Shown piece after piece: positions 13,536-31,479 of a DNA stretch of 64,000 nucleotides. Numbering within the stretch: the first letter of the stretch is position 1; the number at the start of each line of letters is the position of its first letter. The DNA is from the human T2T-CHM13v2.0 reference genome, Homo sapiens. The notes under the pieces are model-generated. The model searched no databases. It was not told the origin of the DNA and worked only from the letters and a program-made list of their open reading frames with translations. The stretch lies in assembly GCA_009914755.4 (NCBI GenBank), contig CP086569.2, positions 22,080,001-22,144,000 of the forward strand. The letters are read 5' to 3'. Made by a program: the position numbers and the translations under genes.

Positions 13536-13857
13536 TTTATTTATTTATTTATGTATTTATTTATGTATTTATTTATTTCTGAGAAGCAATCTCACTCTGT
13601 TGCCCAGGCTGCCATGCAATGGCACAATCTAGGTTCATTGCAAACTCTGCCTCCTGGGTTCAAGCAATTCTTCTGCCTCAGCCTCCCAAGTAGCCGGAGT
13701 TACAGCCATGCACCACCATTCCTAGTTAATTTTTGCACTTACTTAGAGCCAGAATTTCACTGTATTGGCCAGGCTGGTCTCTAACTCCTGACCTCATGAT
13801 CCACCCACCTCAGCCTCCCAAAGTGCTAGGATTACACACATGAACCACTGCACCTGA
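13536..13857 (-). mobile_element. Alu (minus) with an (ATTT)n tail
   Basis: (tttatttattt…)n then …caatctcactctgttgcccaggctgc…cctcccaaagtgctaggattacacacatgaaccactgcacctg. Confidence 0.9.
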
Positions 13858-13859
13858 AT

Positions 13860-15960
<2,101 letters not shown>

Positions 15961-16064
15961 ATTTACTATTTATTGGACATAACTTGAGGTCCTTAATTTC
16001 TAGACATCAAAACTTCAAAGGACTATTTTTCCATGGAGTTTAACATTAAAATTAGTGAATAGTG

Positions 16065-17428
16065 AATTCATGTATTATGTGTATTTTTTATTGCAAACCA
16101 TTCACATTGCTGTAGATCCTGAACTCATAAGTGAGGATCATGCAAATGTTGGCAGCAAGCCAGAAAACCACTCTGCAAGCAAACAAATACTCTGCAGAGA
16201 ATGGAAATTCATACCACAATGCCAAATATCTAACCTCAGTCATCTTAGAATTATACATATATTGACACATTAATTCACATAGGATCTGGAACTTAAGTGA
16301 TTGGTTGGTTGTTGATGAGTTGACCTGATTTGGGGAGAATTTGTCCTGGAATAATGAAGGGAATGGGGGTTAATATTTCTTCTTACCTGCTTGTTCTTCC
16401 CCAGCACCTTCAACTTTATTTTCCTCCTCTTCAGCTTTTCCTCTCCTTCTTCACCCTGACCTATTTCTTCTTTATCCTTTGCTTCTTTAGACACTTCCTT
16501 AGCAGCTTAGTCCTCTTCCCTGCCACCTCTTCCTCCTCCTCTTTATTATCTTTCTCCTCCTAGGCTTTTTCTTCAGAGGGGTACTAGTCTTTGCCTTCCT
16601 CAATCTTAGCACTCTCAATGGATTCCTCCACCATGATCTACTCCTCTTGCCCATGGCTACTGTAGTAGGACAGGAAGGAGTGGGTGGACATCATGTAGGA
16701 GTTGGTATGTGAACCCCAGTAGGTGATAAACCAAAGACCAGGGGGTCTGGAAGCAGTGTGCTTCCCATGCTGCTGAAACTCAGCTGGGTCTCCTTGCCTT
16801 TGAAGGGTTTCCTCTGAGCTGCAGCCTCAATACAAAGAGCCATCTTCACCTGGAGGACTTGGTATTCATTTAGGTATCCAGATGTTTAACTTTGCCATCT
16901 TCAATTCATTTTCTAATTTGTGGATGATGGCCTGCACACTACTGATGTAGGTGTTCAACTTGTCCTTTGGCTCCTGCAGCTATATCTCCATTACTTCCTT
17001 CATGCCCTAGCATGCTTTGATCTCCAAGTTCTTGGTCTTGAGCAGGTAGTGGCTCTGAGACACCTTGTTTCTGGTGCCTTGCATGGCATAGACCCTCTTG
17101 ACAGTGCTCTGGCTCAGCAGTCTAAAGGGCTCTTAAAGCACTCCTCTGCATGCTCTGCATGCTCTTGGCAGCCATCTTTCCCTACTGTGGGCAGATGACC
17201 TCCAGCAAAGAGGTGAGGTTGAGATTGGTGAACATGTTTATCTCTATGGAGATCTGCACATACTGGATCTGCCCCTGCAAGTGGATGGATCTCCTCTTAG
17301 TGAAATTTCTTCAGAAAGGCAATTTTGCCCATCAGGCTATCCAGGTGCTTTTCGCTCTGCTGTGGTGCAGCCTGGTCAGAACATTTGCAGGCTTCCATCC
17401 TGCTGCCCTCAGCCTGTTTGTAGGAAAA
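16065..17428 (-). pseudogene. NEFL: Processed (intronless) pseudogene of neurofilament light chain (NEFL). It is 5'-truncated and covers about residues 178-543 plus the 3'UTR, with frameshifts and stop codons.
   Basis: The minus-strand translation matches NEFL rod and tail segments: AEG..ME..K..DEAA…LDSLM..I.FLKK.H (NEFL …[40 protein letters not shown]); IQY.QIS.E…; LK.K.LEI.ACR…INKLENEL…YL.EYQ.L..VKMAL.IE.AA.RK…GEET.LSF; and the acidic tail ending …EEEE.[13 protein letters not shown].* (NEFL ends …[20 protein letters not shown]). The stop is at 16370-16372 (minus). A polyadenylation signal AATAAA lies on the minus strand at about 16087-16092. The whole region is contiguous with no introns. 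Confidence 0.75.
16330..16560 (-). repeat. GA-rich (minus) / CT-rich (plus) low-complexity tract that corresponds to the Glu/Lys-rich NEFL tail-coding region
   Basis: cttcctcctcctctttattatctttctcctcc… on plus. This is part of the NEFL pseudogene, not an independent microsatellite. Confidence 0.6.
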
Positions 17429-18913
17429 TTTTGTATCAGGGTAATAAAAATATTTTTAAATTAGTAATTGCAGTGAAAAAACATTGTGAAACAATTAAAA
17501 ACCCCCAAGTGTATGCTTTAAAATGATACAATGTAAATATATCATTATATAGGATATATAAATTATATAGATCATTACCATTTCAGTTAAAAGTTAAAAT
17601 TTATGAGAGGAAATGTAGAAACTAGTGGGCATTATTCTTAAATGTGTCTAAGATAATACCAAAACTCTGTATTGCTGGGAAAACAGACTATATACAGAGT
17701 ATTGGTATGGAGCAGTAGGGTATTGCTATGAAGCTACCTGAAAATATGGAAGCCACATAGGAATTAAATAACTAACATAGGTTAGAAGAGTGTGGAGGTC
17801 TCAGAAGATGATAAGGAAAAGTTTGGGACTTCCTAGAGTGTTACTAAATTGTTGTGACCAATGTGCTGATAGTGATAGGGAAAATGAAGTAGACACTGAG
17901 GAGATCATGCATGGAAATAAGGAGCTTATTGGGAAGCAGAGCAAATGTCATATTTGTTACACATTAGCAAGGTACCCTTGATAATGCATTGTACCCCTGC
18001 CCTAGGGATATGTGGAACTCTGAAGTTGAGTATGGTGACTTAGAGTCTGTGGTGGAAAAATTTAGGGTATGTGGTGAAAAAAATTTCTAAGCAGAAAGTG
18101 CTCCAGATGTCACCTGGATGCTTCTAACAACCTAAGCTCATATGCATGAGCAAACAGATGACATGAAACTGAAACTTATGTTAAAAAAAGTAATACAGCA
18201 TAAAAGTTTGGAAAACTTGCAGCCTGCAAAGTGGTAGAAAAGCAAAGCTCTTTTTCAGAGAAGAAATTTAAGATGCTGCAGTAAAGCAAAAAGGAGCTAA
18301 GTGTTAGTATCCAAGACAATGGGGAAAAAACCTCTAAGATATTTCAGAGAGCCTCTTTTACCACAGACACAGAAGCTTAGCAAAGATAAATGGTTGTTTC
18401 ATGGACCATATTCAAGGACTTTCAGCTCTGCACAACTTTGGGACACTGCTCCTTGAATGTGAGCACATTTCACACTCTTCAAATTCTCAGCAGAATTTGT
18501 TATTGAAAGTCTTTTGAATAAAACCCATTTTAACTAGATTGAGATGATATCTTATTGTAATTTTAATTTGGATTTTTCTGATAATTAATGATCTTGAGCA
18601 CTTTTTGATATACCTGGTCACATTTGTATGTTTTCCTTTGAGAAATATGTTTTTCAAATATTTTGACCAAATTATAAGATTTTCCTATAAATTTTTTCCT
18701 ATAGATTGTTTGAGATTTTTATTTATTGTGATTATTAATCCTTTGTCAGATGGGTAAGTTACAAATATTTCTTCTATTTCTGTGAATAATCTCTACACAT
18801 TGTTGATTTTTAAATTTTTCCCCTGCAGAAACTTTTCAACTGCATGTTGATTCCAGACGTCCATTTCTGGTTAGGTTGCTTGTGCTTCTGGGGAATTGCT
18901 GAGGAAATCTTTG

Positions 18914-19205
18914 GTCAGGCAGGGTGGCTTATACCTATAATACTAGCTCTTTGCAAGGCTAACTTATATGGATTTCTTGAGCACAAGAATTCAAAACCAA
19001 CCTGAGGACATGATGTAACCCCATCTCTACAAAAGTGAACACACACACACAAAAATTTCCATGGTATGTGGTGATATGTGCCAGTAGTCCCAGCTTCTCA
19101 AAGGCTGTGACAGGAGATTGCTTTAGCCTTAGAGATGGTGATTGCCGTGGGCTTTGATCTTGCCACTGTACATCAGCATGGGTGACAACCTATCTCAAAA
19201 AAAAG
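18914..19205 (+). mobile_element. Old, diverged Alu (AluJ/FLAM-like), plus
   Basis: ggtcaggcagggtggcttatacctataatactagctctttgcaaggct…ccatctctacaaaag… …catgggtgacaacctatctcaaaaaaaag. Confidence 0.7.
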
Positions 19206-21655
19206 CAATATTTTTTTCATATTAATAACCTGGAGATTTTCCCAAGTCTTTTTTTTGTAATTTCAGAGTTTCAGGTTGTAGACTTAAGGCTTTAATTCAC
19301 TTTGATTCAGTTTTTATATATGGCCAAAAGTAGAAGTCTCATTTTTATTATTGCACATATGGAAGCCCAGATTTCTTGGCATCTTCATTTAATAGGGTGT
19401 ATGTTTTCCTCAGTGGATGTTCTTGGCACATTTGTCCAAATTAGTTTACTGTAGCTGTGTGGATTTTTTTCAGGTTCTCTATTCATTTTCATTTTTCTGT
19501 GTTTCTATTTTATGCTAGTAAACTGGCTATTTAAGGCTGTTTTACTTACTGTGGCTCAGGACTCTAATTTGAGGTCAGATAATTTGATTTATCTAATTTT
19601 GTTCTTTTTTCTAAGGACAGGTTTAGCTATTCTGAGTCTCTTGTGGTTCCATGTAAAATTTAAAATTATTTTTTCATTTATTTCAAAAATATTATTGGTA
19701 TTATGTTAGGAATTACATTGAATCTGTAGATTGCTCTGGGTAGTATGGACATTTTAACAATATTGTCTTACAATTCCTGAACATAATATGTTTTACCATT
19801 TTGTAGTGTCATCTTCAACTATTTTCATTATTCAGATCTTTCACTTCTTTGGTTAATTTCTAAGTATTTAATTTTATGTGTGACTATTGAAAATAAGATG
19901 ATTTCTTATTTCTTTTTCAGATTGTTTACTGTTTCAGATTTGTGTCTGTTAATTTTATATACTACAACTCTACCCAATTTGTTTATCAGCTCTAATAGTT
20001 TTCTTGTGGTGTCCTTAAGTTTTTTTTCTAATATGAGATTATATCACCTGCAAAGTAGAATAATTTGAATTATTCTCTTCCCACTTAAATGTCTTTCATA
20101 TATTTCTCTTGTCTGATCTCTCTAGATAGAACTTCCAGTACTACGTTGAATAATAGTGGTCACAGTGGGCAACTTTGTTGTATTGTAGATTATAGATAAA
20201 ATATGTTCAGTTTTTCCCCATTCAGTACAATACTGAATATTTTTTAGTCTGTCATATAAGGTTTTTATTATGTTGAGGTATGTTTCTTTTTTCTGCTGTT
20301 TTTTGAGGATTTTTGTCTTGAAGGATGTTGAATTTAACCAATTGCTTTATCACCATCAATTGAAATTATATAAAATTTATCCTTTCTTTTATTGAAATGA
20401 TATAGCAGACTGTTTGATTTGCATACATTAAATCATGTTTTTATTCCAGGAATAAATCCCACTTGGTCATGATATATGATGCTCTTAATATATTGTTGAA
20501 TTTTGTTTGCTAGTATTTTATTGAGGGTTACTGCTTCAATAGCCATCAGAGATATTGGCCTGTGGTATTATTTTCTAGATGTGTCTTTGTCTGGTTTGGG
20601 TATCAGGGTAATATTGGCTTTATCTAATTAGTTGGAGTAATTCCATTCTCCACTATTCCTCAGAATAATTTGAGTAGAATTAATATTAGTTTTTCTTTAA
20701 AAGTTTGGTAGATTATAGCATTGAAGGCTGTACTTTACTGTGCTTTTCTTTACAGACATATTTACATTATGGTTTTTATCTCATTACTTGTTATTGGTCT
20801 ATTCCGGTTTTGAATTTCTTCCTGGTTCAAACTTGATGGATTCTGTAAGTCATGAAATTTGTCCATTCTTTCTAGAATTTTCAATTTATTGGCATATTGT
20901 TGCTCATAGTAGACCTAATAATACCTTGAATTTCTGCAATATCTGTTATAATGTCTTTTTTCACTTTTTATTTTTAATTTTTTGCTATTATCTCTTATTT
21001 TCTTAGTCTGGCTAAATTTATCAATTTTATTTACTATGCAAAAAAAACTTTTAAAAAGTAATCTTTTCTATTGTCTTCTCTATTTCAATTTTATTTGTTT
21101 ATGCTGTGATCTTTGGTATTTCTTTTTTTCTACTAATTTAGGGGTTGGTTTTCTCTTGGTGTTCTAGTTCTTTAAGATACATTGTTAGGTTGTTTATTTG
21201 AAGTTTTTCCCCTTTATTCATATATAAATGCATACCTACAAGCCTTCCTTTTAGTATTTATTTTGCTGTATTTCATAAGTTTGGGTATAATATGTTTCCA
21301 CTATCATTTGATTTGAGAAAATTTCCACTTTATTCTCACTTTTTGACCCATTAATAATTTAGGATGTTAGTTTATTTTATTTGAATGTATTTATATTTTA
21401 TTTCAATACTTTGGGAGATATGTGTTTTTTAGTTAACTGAATAAGTATATAGTGATGAATTCTAATATTTTAGTGTCTCCAACACCCAAGTAGCCAAGTA
21501 GCTAGATATACCCAAGTAGTGTATATTTTACCTAGTATGTAGTTTTGTGAAAAATCCCTGAATCCCCTTTCAACCTTCACCTTCTGAGTCTCTAAATTCC
21601 ATTTTGTTTCTCTGTATGCCTTTGCATACTCGTAGCTTAGATCCCACTCTTAATT
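19200..21655 (-). mobile_element. Antisense L1 fragments (older L1M/L1P), ORF2-derived through the 3'UTR
   Basis: Matches the L1 antisense strand (…cacctgcaaagtagaataatttga…acttccagtactacgttgaataatagtggtcacagtgggcaac…aataaatcccacttggtcatgatatatgatgctctt…). Confidence 0.6.
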
Positions 21656-21707
21656 GTTTTCACTTATAAGTGGGACCTAAGCTACGAGTATTCAAAGGCA
21701 TACAGAG
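21610..21707. repeat. 38-bp inverted repeat (2 mismatches) with a 22-bp spacer; a palindromic junction inside L1 3'-end-derived sequence
   Basis: Left arm 21610-21647 ctctgtatgcctttgcatactcgtagcttagatcccac. Right arm 21670-21707 gtgggacctaagctacgagtattcaaaggcatacagag. The right arm is the reverse complement of the left arm with 2 mismatches. The spacer contains ttcacttataagtggga (the L1 ORF2-end motif). Confidence 0.8.
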
Positions 21708-22910
21708 TGAATTCATGTGTCCCACTCCTATGGACTTCACTCAGAATAATGACCTCTAGCTACATTCGTGTTGCTGCAAAAAATCATTGTATTATTCTCA
21801 TTCTGTTTTTATAACTTCTCTCAAAGAGAATCTCATTCTCTGTTTTGAACCTCCTGAAGCTTGGGTAGAGTAACAGCATCATTCATGTGGCCTCTATCAC
21901 TATGACTATGTGGACTTAACCCTGAAGCAAGCAAAGCACTGAGTCTCAACCAAAGCCTTCTGTAAGCACTTCTTGACTACTGCCTATTTTCACTCAAGAT
22001 CTTTGGACTCTACAGTCAGCAAATGCTGAAGCCAGTCAGGTATATGTTCTTCCCATCAGGCTGTCAAGATCTCCCAGGCCCCAGTTGTTATTATTTTGTA
22101 GTTAGAAACTAGAGTCAAAATTTTAGAAGCCTAACTTGTGTTCTGTTACACTGAGGTTGAGCTGGCACTTAAAACACAGGATGCAATTCTCCTAAGTCTT
22201 TCTTCCTTTTTATAAGAGGCAGAGGATTCTCATTCTATGATCACCATGACCCCAGGTTTCAGGAAGTATTTCTGCACTACTACCAATGTTCCCTGAAGGC
22301 TCAAGGGCTCTTAGGCCATCTTGTAATTGTCGCTTCCAGGCCTGAGACTCAGGTTTCTGATCAGAAGGCTCCCTTGTGATCCAGAGAAAGTCTAGAAATG
22401 ACCTTCAAGAGTCATAGAATAGAATTACTCAATAATTTGCTTGGTGCTATACCCTGCTGTCGCCTAGCTGGCACCTAAGCTGCAAGAAAAATGTCTTCTT
22501 TACATTTCCCTTTGCTTTTTATCACACAGAAGGAATTTTGCCCCATAGATGTCATGTGGAATTTGCTGTGTGTCACCTGAAGCCACTTAGTCTCAGAGGC
22601 TCACCCAACACCTCTGATGCTGTACCTATTGATGGTTATTTAGAGCCCAAGGGCTCCTCAGTTAACATCTGATGAATGTGGCCATAACTTGGTGCTTTCC
22701 TAAAAGGCAGCATGTCTTTTATGGTCCAACATAGCTAGAGATGTTATTCAGAAGCTAGGTCCTAAAAAAGAAACCTCATGACTCTGACCAGTTCCCTATC
22801 CTGTTGTGGCTGAGCTGAGCTGGTATACAAGATGGAAAACAAAGTTATCCATATTCTTCTCTCTTCTCTTTCGAATTGGAAGAAAGCTGTCTCTCTCACT
22901 CTCTCTCTCT

Positions 22911-23201
22911 TTTTTTTTTTTTTTTTTGAGACAGAGTCTTGCTCTGTCACCCTGGGTGGAATGCAGGCAATCTCGGCTTACTGCAACCCCTGCCTTCCAG
23001 TTCAAGAGATTCTCCTGATTCAGCATCCCAAGTAGCAGGGACTACAGGTGCATGACACCACGCCTGGCTAATTTTTTGTATTTTTAGTAGAGACAGGGTT
23101 TCACCGTGTTAGCCAGGATAGCTCAAACTCCTGATCTCATGATCCGCATGCCTTGGCCTCCCAAAGTGCCAGGATTACAGGCATGAGCCACTGCGCCTGG
23201 C
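22911..23201 (-). mobile_element. Alu (minus), preceded by a (CT)n tract
   Basis: Poly-T, then gagacagagtcttgctctgtcaccctgggtgg…gcatgagccactgcgcctggc. Confidence 0.9.
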
Positions 23202-24874
23202 AGAGATCTCTTTTTTATCTATTAGCTGTGCAGCCTGTGATTAGGAGAGCAATGATGCCCTCACTCTCTTAACCACTCCAGCTGGGGGTTTCGGTAGATC
23301 TTGATTCCCCAGTCCACTGTCTCTGAGCTTAGTTCAACACTAGAATTTGCATAAGAGTTGTGGTCCTTATAAAAGTCCTTGAAGACTGCCTTTCAGGTTT
23401 ACTTAGAAACCCAGAGCATTTTAACCCTCAGTAGTGAGGTAGGTAAAAACTCCAGTTTGTACTGCTGGAATTGCCAATTCCCCTCTAACTTGGGCTGGAT
23501 TAAATGCTCCCTTTATGACTTAGCATCTGCTGAGTTTGGTTCATTTTTTTCCTTTTTGCTCTAACAGGACAGCACTCAGTTTATTGCTTCAAAATTCCTG
23601 TTTTCTCTTCCCCAGCACACAGAGATATTCCTTCAGCATACCATACTGCCATAGAGTGATGGAGGAATGACACCAGTAATTTGAGACCTCTTCAGTGGCT
23701 CTGTGATACAAAGTTAAAACCAGGTACTTTGAGTGTCTCTCTCTTATATATAAGGTTGTATATAAATACTAGAATAAATATTTTCATTATTAGAATGGAA
23801 TATTAGTCAGAGGAAAAATAAAATCCTGTAATTTGCAGCAACATTGGGTAAATATAGACAACATATGATAATGAAAGTAAAGTTTTATTTTGTTTAAATT
23901 GGCACATAATTTTCTACATGTATAGGTTAAAAATGTGATGTTTTAATATATGTAATTATGTGATGATTAAATCAGGGTAATTAATATATCCATTAACTTA
24001 ATTATGTGTTATTTTCTTGTGGTGAGAATATTCAAAACTCACTTTTTTTGCTATTTTGAAATATATAGAACTTTATTGTTTATCATAATCAAGGACTATG
24101 TGATAGAACACTAGAAATTATTTTTATTGTCAAATTCTAAATTTATAACAAATAAGACAACTACTTTCTTTCCTTCCTTTCCACTTCATATATTTTGTTA
24201 ACCACTATTGTACTCAATACTTTTATAAAATCAACCTTTATCAAGCTCTCAAATGTGAGTGACATAATGCAGTTTTTTTATTTCTGTGACTGGCTTATTT
24301 CACATAGCATAACATCTTATGGTGTCCTCCATGTTGGCACAAACGTCATCATTTTGTTCTATATATGACCAAATAATTAACTATTGTGTAAATATACCAC
24401 ATTTTTATGTACTCATGTTGATAAAATTTGTAGTTGATTTTTTTTATCCTGGCTATTGTAAATAGAGCTGCAATAAGCATGTAAAAACAGATTTTTTTTT
24501 CTTTTGTAAACTGATTTTCGTTACCTTGAATAAATACTCAGTAGTGGGATCTCTGAATCATATGGCGGTTGTAATTTTAGTATTTTGTAAACACTCAACA
24601 CTTAAAAAATATAAGAACAGTGCTAATTTACACTCTCACCTGCAGTATAAATATTTCTTTCTGTCCACAACCTCATGGTCATTCGACAATTTTTTAATCT
24701 TTTTACTGATAGCTATTTTCACTAAAGTGAGAAAATATCTCACTTTTGTCTTAATTTATATTTTATGGTGATAAGCATAACACTTCTGATATTAATGGGA
24801 GTATTCGTATATCCGCTTTTGAGGAGAACGTGCATTTCTTCTTTTGAGAATTGCCTAATCAGATTCTTTGTCAA

Positions 24875-25161
24875 TTTTTTTTTTTTTTTTTTTTGAGACC
24901 AAGTCTCTCTCTGTCACCCAGGCTGGAGTGCTGTGACATGACCTTGCCTCACTGCAACCTCCGCATCCCAGGTTCAAGCAATTCTCTGCTTCAGCCTCAC
25001 TAGTAGCTGGGATTACAGGCACCCACCACCATGACCAGCTAATTTTTGTATTTTTAATAGAAACGGAGTTTCACTATCTTGGGCAGGTTGGTATTGAACT
25101 CCTGACCTGCCTCGGTCTCCCAAAGTGCTGGGATTACAGGAGTGAACCATCATGCGTGGCC
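24875..25161 (-). mobile_element. Alu (minus)
   Basis: Poly-T, then gagaccaagtctctctctgtcacccaggctggagtg…ggagtgaaccatcatgcgtggcc. A target-site duplication of about tctttgtc flanks it. Confidence 0.9.
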
Positions 25162-25413
25162 TCTTTGTCCATTTTTTAAAAATCAATTTGTTTTGTTTTT
25201 TGCTAATGAGTTTCTAGTATATTCTGGATATTAGTCCAATAGCAAATTTCTTAATTTATTGTTCTATTTTCTATGAAAATACTTTGCAGTACAATGTGGT
25301 GAAGTGCATTGATTTTTCATTTTGCTGCTTCTGCTTTTAAAGTCTTATTCATGAAACATTTGACTAAACTAATGTCTTGAGGTGTTTCTTCTATTTTTGT
25401 GGTAGTTTTATAG

Positions 25414-30500
<5,087 letters not shown>

Positions 30501-30515
30501 GGGTTAAAGTAATTT

Positions 30516-30706
30516 TCTGCCTTAGCCTCTGTAGTAGCTGGGACTACAGGTGCATGCCACCATGACAAACTCATTTTTGTATTTTTGTAGAGATGGGGTT
30601 TCATCATGTTGGCCAGGCTGGTCTCGCACTCCAGGCCTCAAGTGATACACACGCCACCAGCCTCTTAAAGTGCTGAAATTACAGGCATGAGCCACTACAC
30701 CCAGCC
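30516..30706 (-). mobile_element. Partial Alu (minus; the A-tail side is missing)
   Basis: gccttagcctctgtagtagctgggactacaggtgcatgccaccatg…ggtttcatcatgttggccaggctggtctcg…gcatgagccactacacccagcc. Confidence 0.8.
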
Positions 30707-31479
30707 TTTCTAAAAACACTTTGTATCTCTATTTCTTTGTCTACTTCTACTTTATGGCCAATAATTCTTACATTTGTTTTTTTTGAGGCTACATTATAAA
30801 TCCTACAGATGCATTATATTATTTTATTATTATTTATTATTTTGTCTTATTTTACTGTACATTTTTAATAGTCTGTCTTTAAACTCACTAATTATTCCAC
30901 TTGATTTTTTGTTATTAAATAATTTTCATAGATTCTTTAGCACGACAATTGTATTTTTCAGCTACAGAGTTTTTGCTTGCTTGTTTTTAATTATATACAT
31001 ATCTTTGAATAGCTTTTCTGATATAAATCTAAATTCCTATTTGTGTTACCTTACATTAGTTTGAATTTTCTAAACATGACTATCTGCTCATCTGTACAGG
31101 GAAATCATGTGCATATAGAGTATATGCCGTATTTTTATATAAGCATACAATGCAAAAGAATCACATCAGGGTAAGTGAGATATTCATCTTCAAGCATTTA
31201 TTTTATCTTTGTATTACAAGAAAGAATTATACTTTTAGTCATTTGAGTTAGGGTTTTTCTCCTTTTTAAATTATTTGCTATGCATCATTAGGTTTTTAGA
31301 ATTTAAAAACTTTCTATTTACCTGATATGGGTGTTTGTTGATATAAACAGTCTCAGTACTGCATTTGCTTTATTCTACATGTCCTGGTGTGACATATTTT
31401 TATTGTCATTAGCTTAGATGTTCAAATCTTAATATATTTGTTAACTTCTGGTTCCTCAGGGTCATGTTATTTCTCAACA

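Noticed and set aside
16365-17430. Apparent splice acceptor (…ttttcctacaaacag|gctgag, minus strand near 17425) and splice donor (gaacaagcag|gtaagaag, minus strand near 16380), which suggested a real exon
   Set aside because: The 'donor' lies inside codons that encode the NEFL C-terminus (E-Q-A-G-K-K-K-stop). The whole interval is collinear with NEFL mRNA with no introns. These are coincidental matches within a processed pseudogene.
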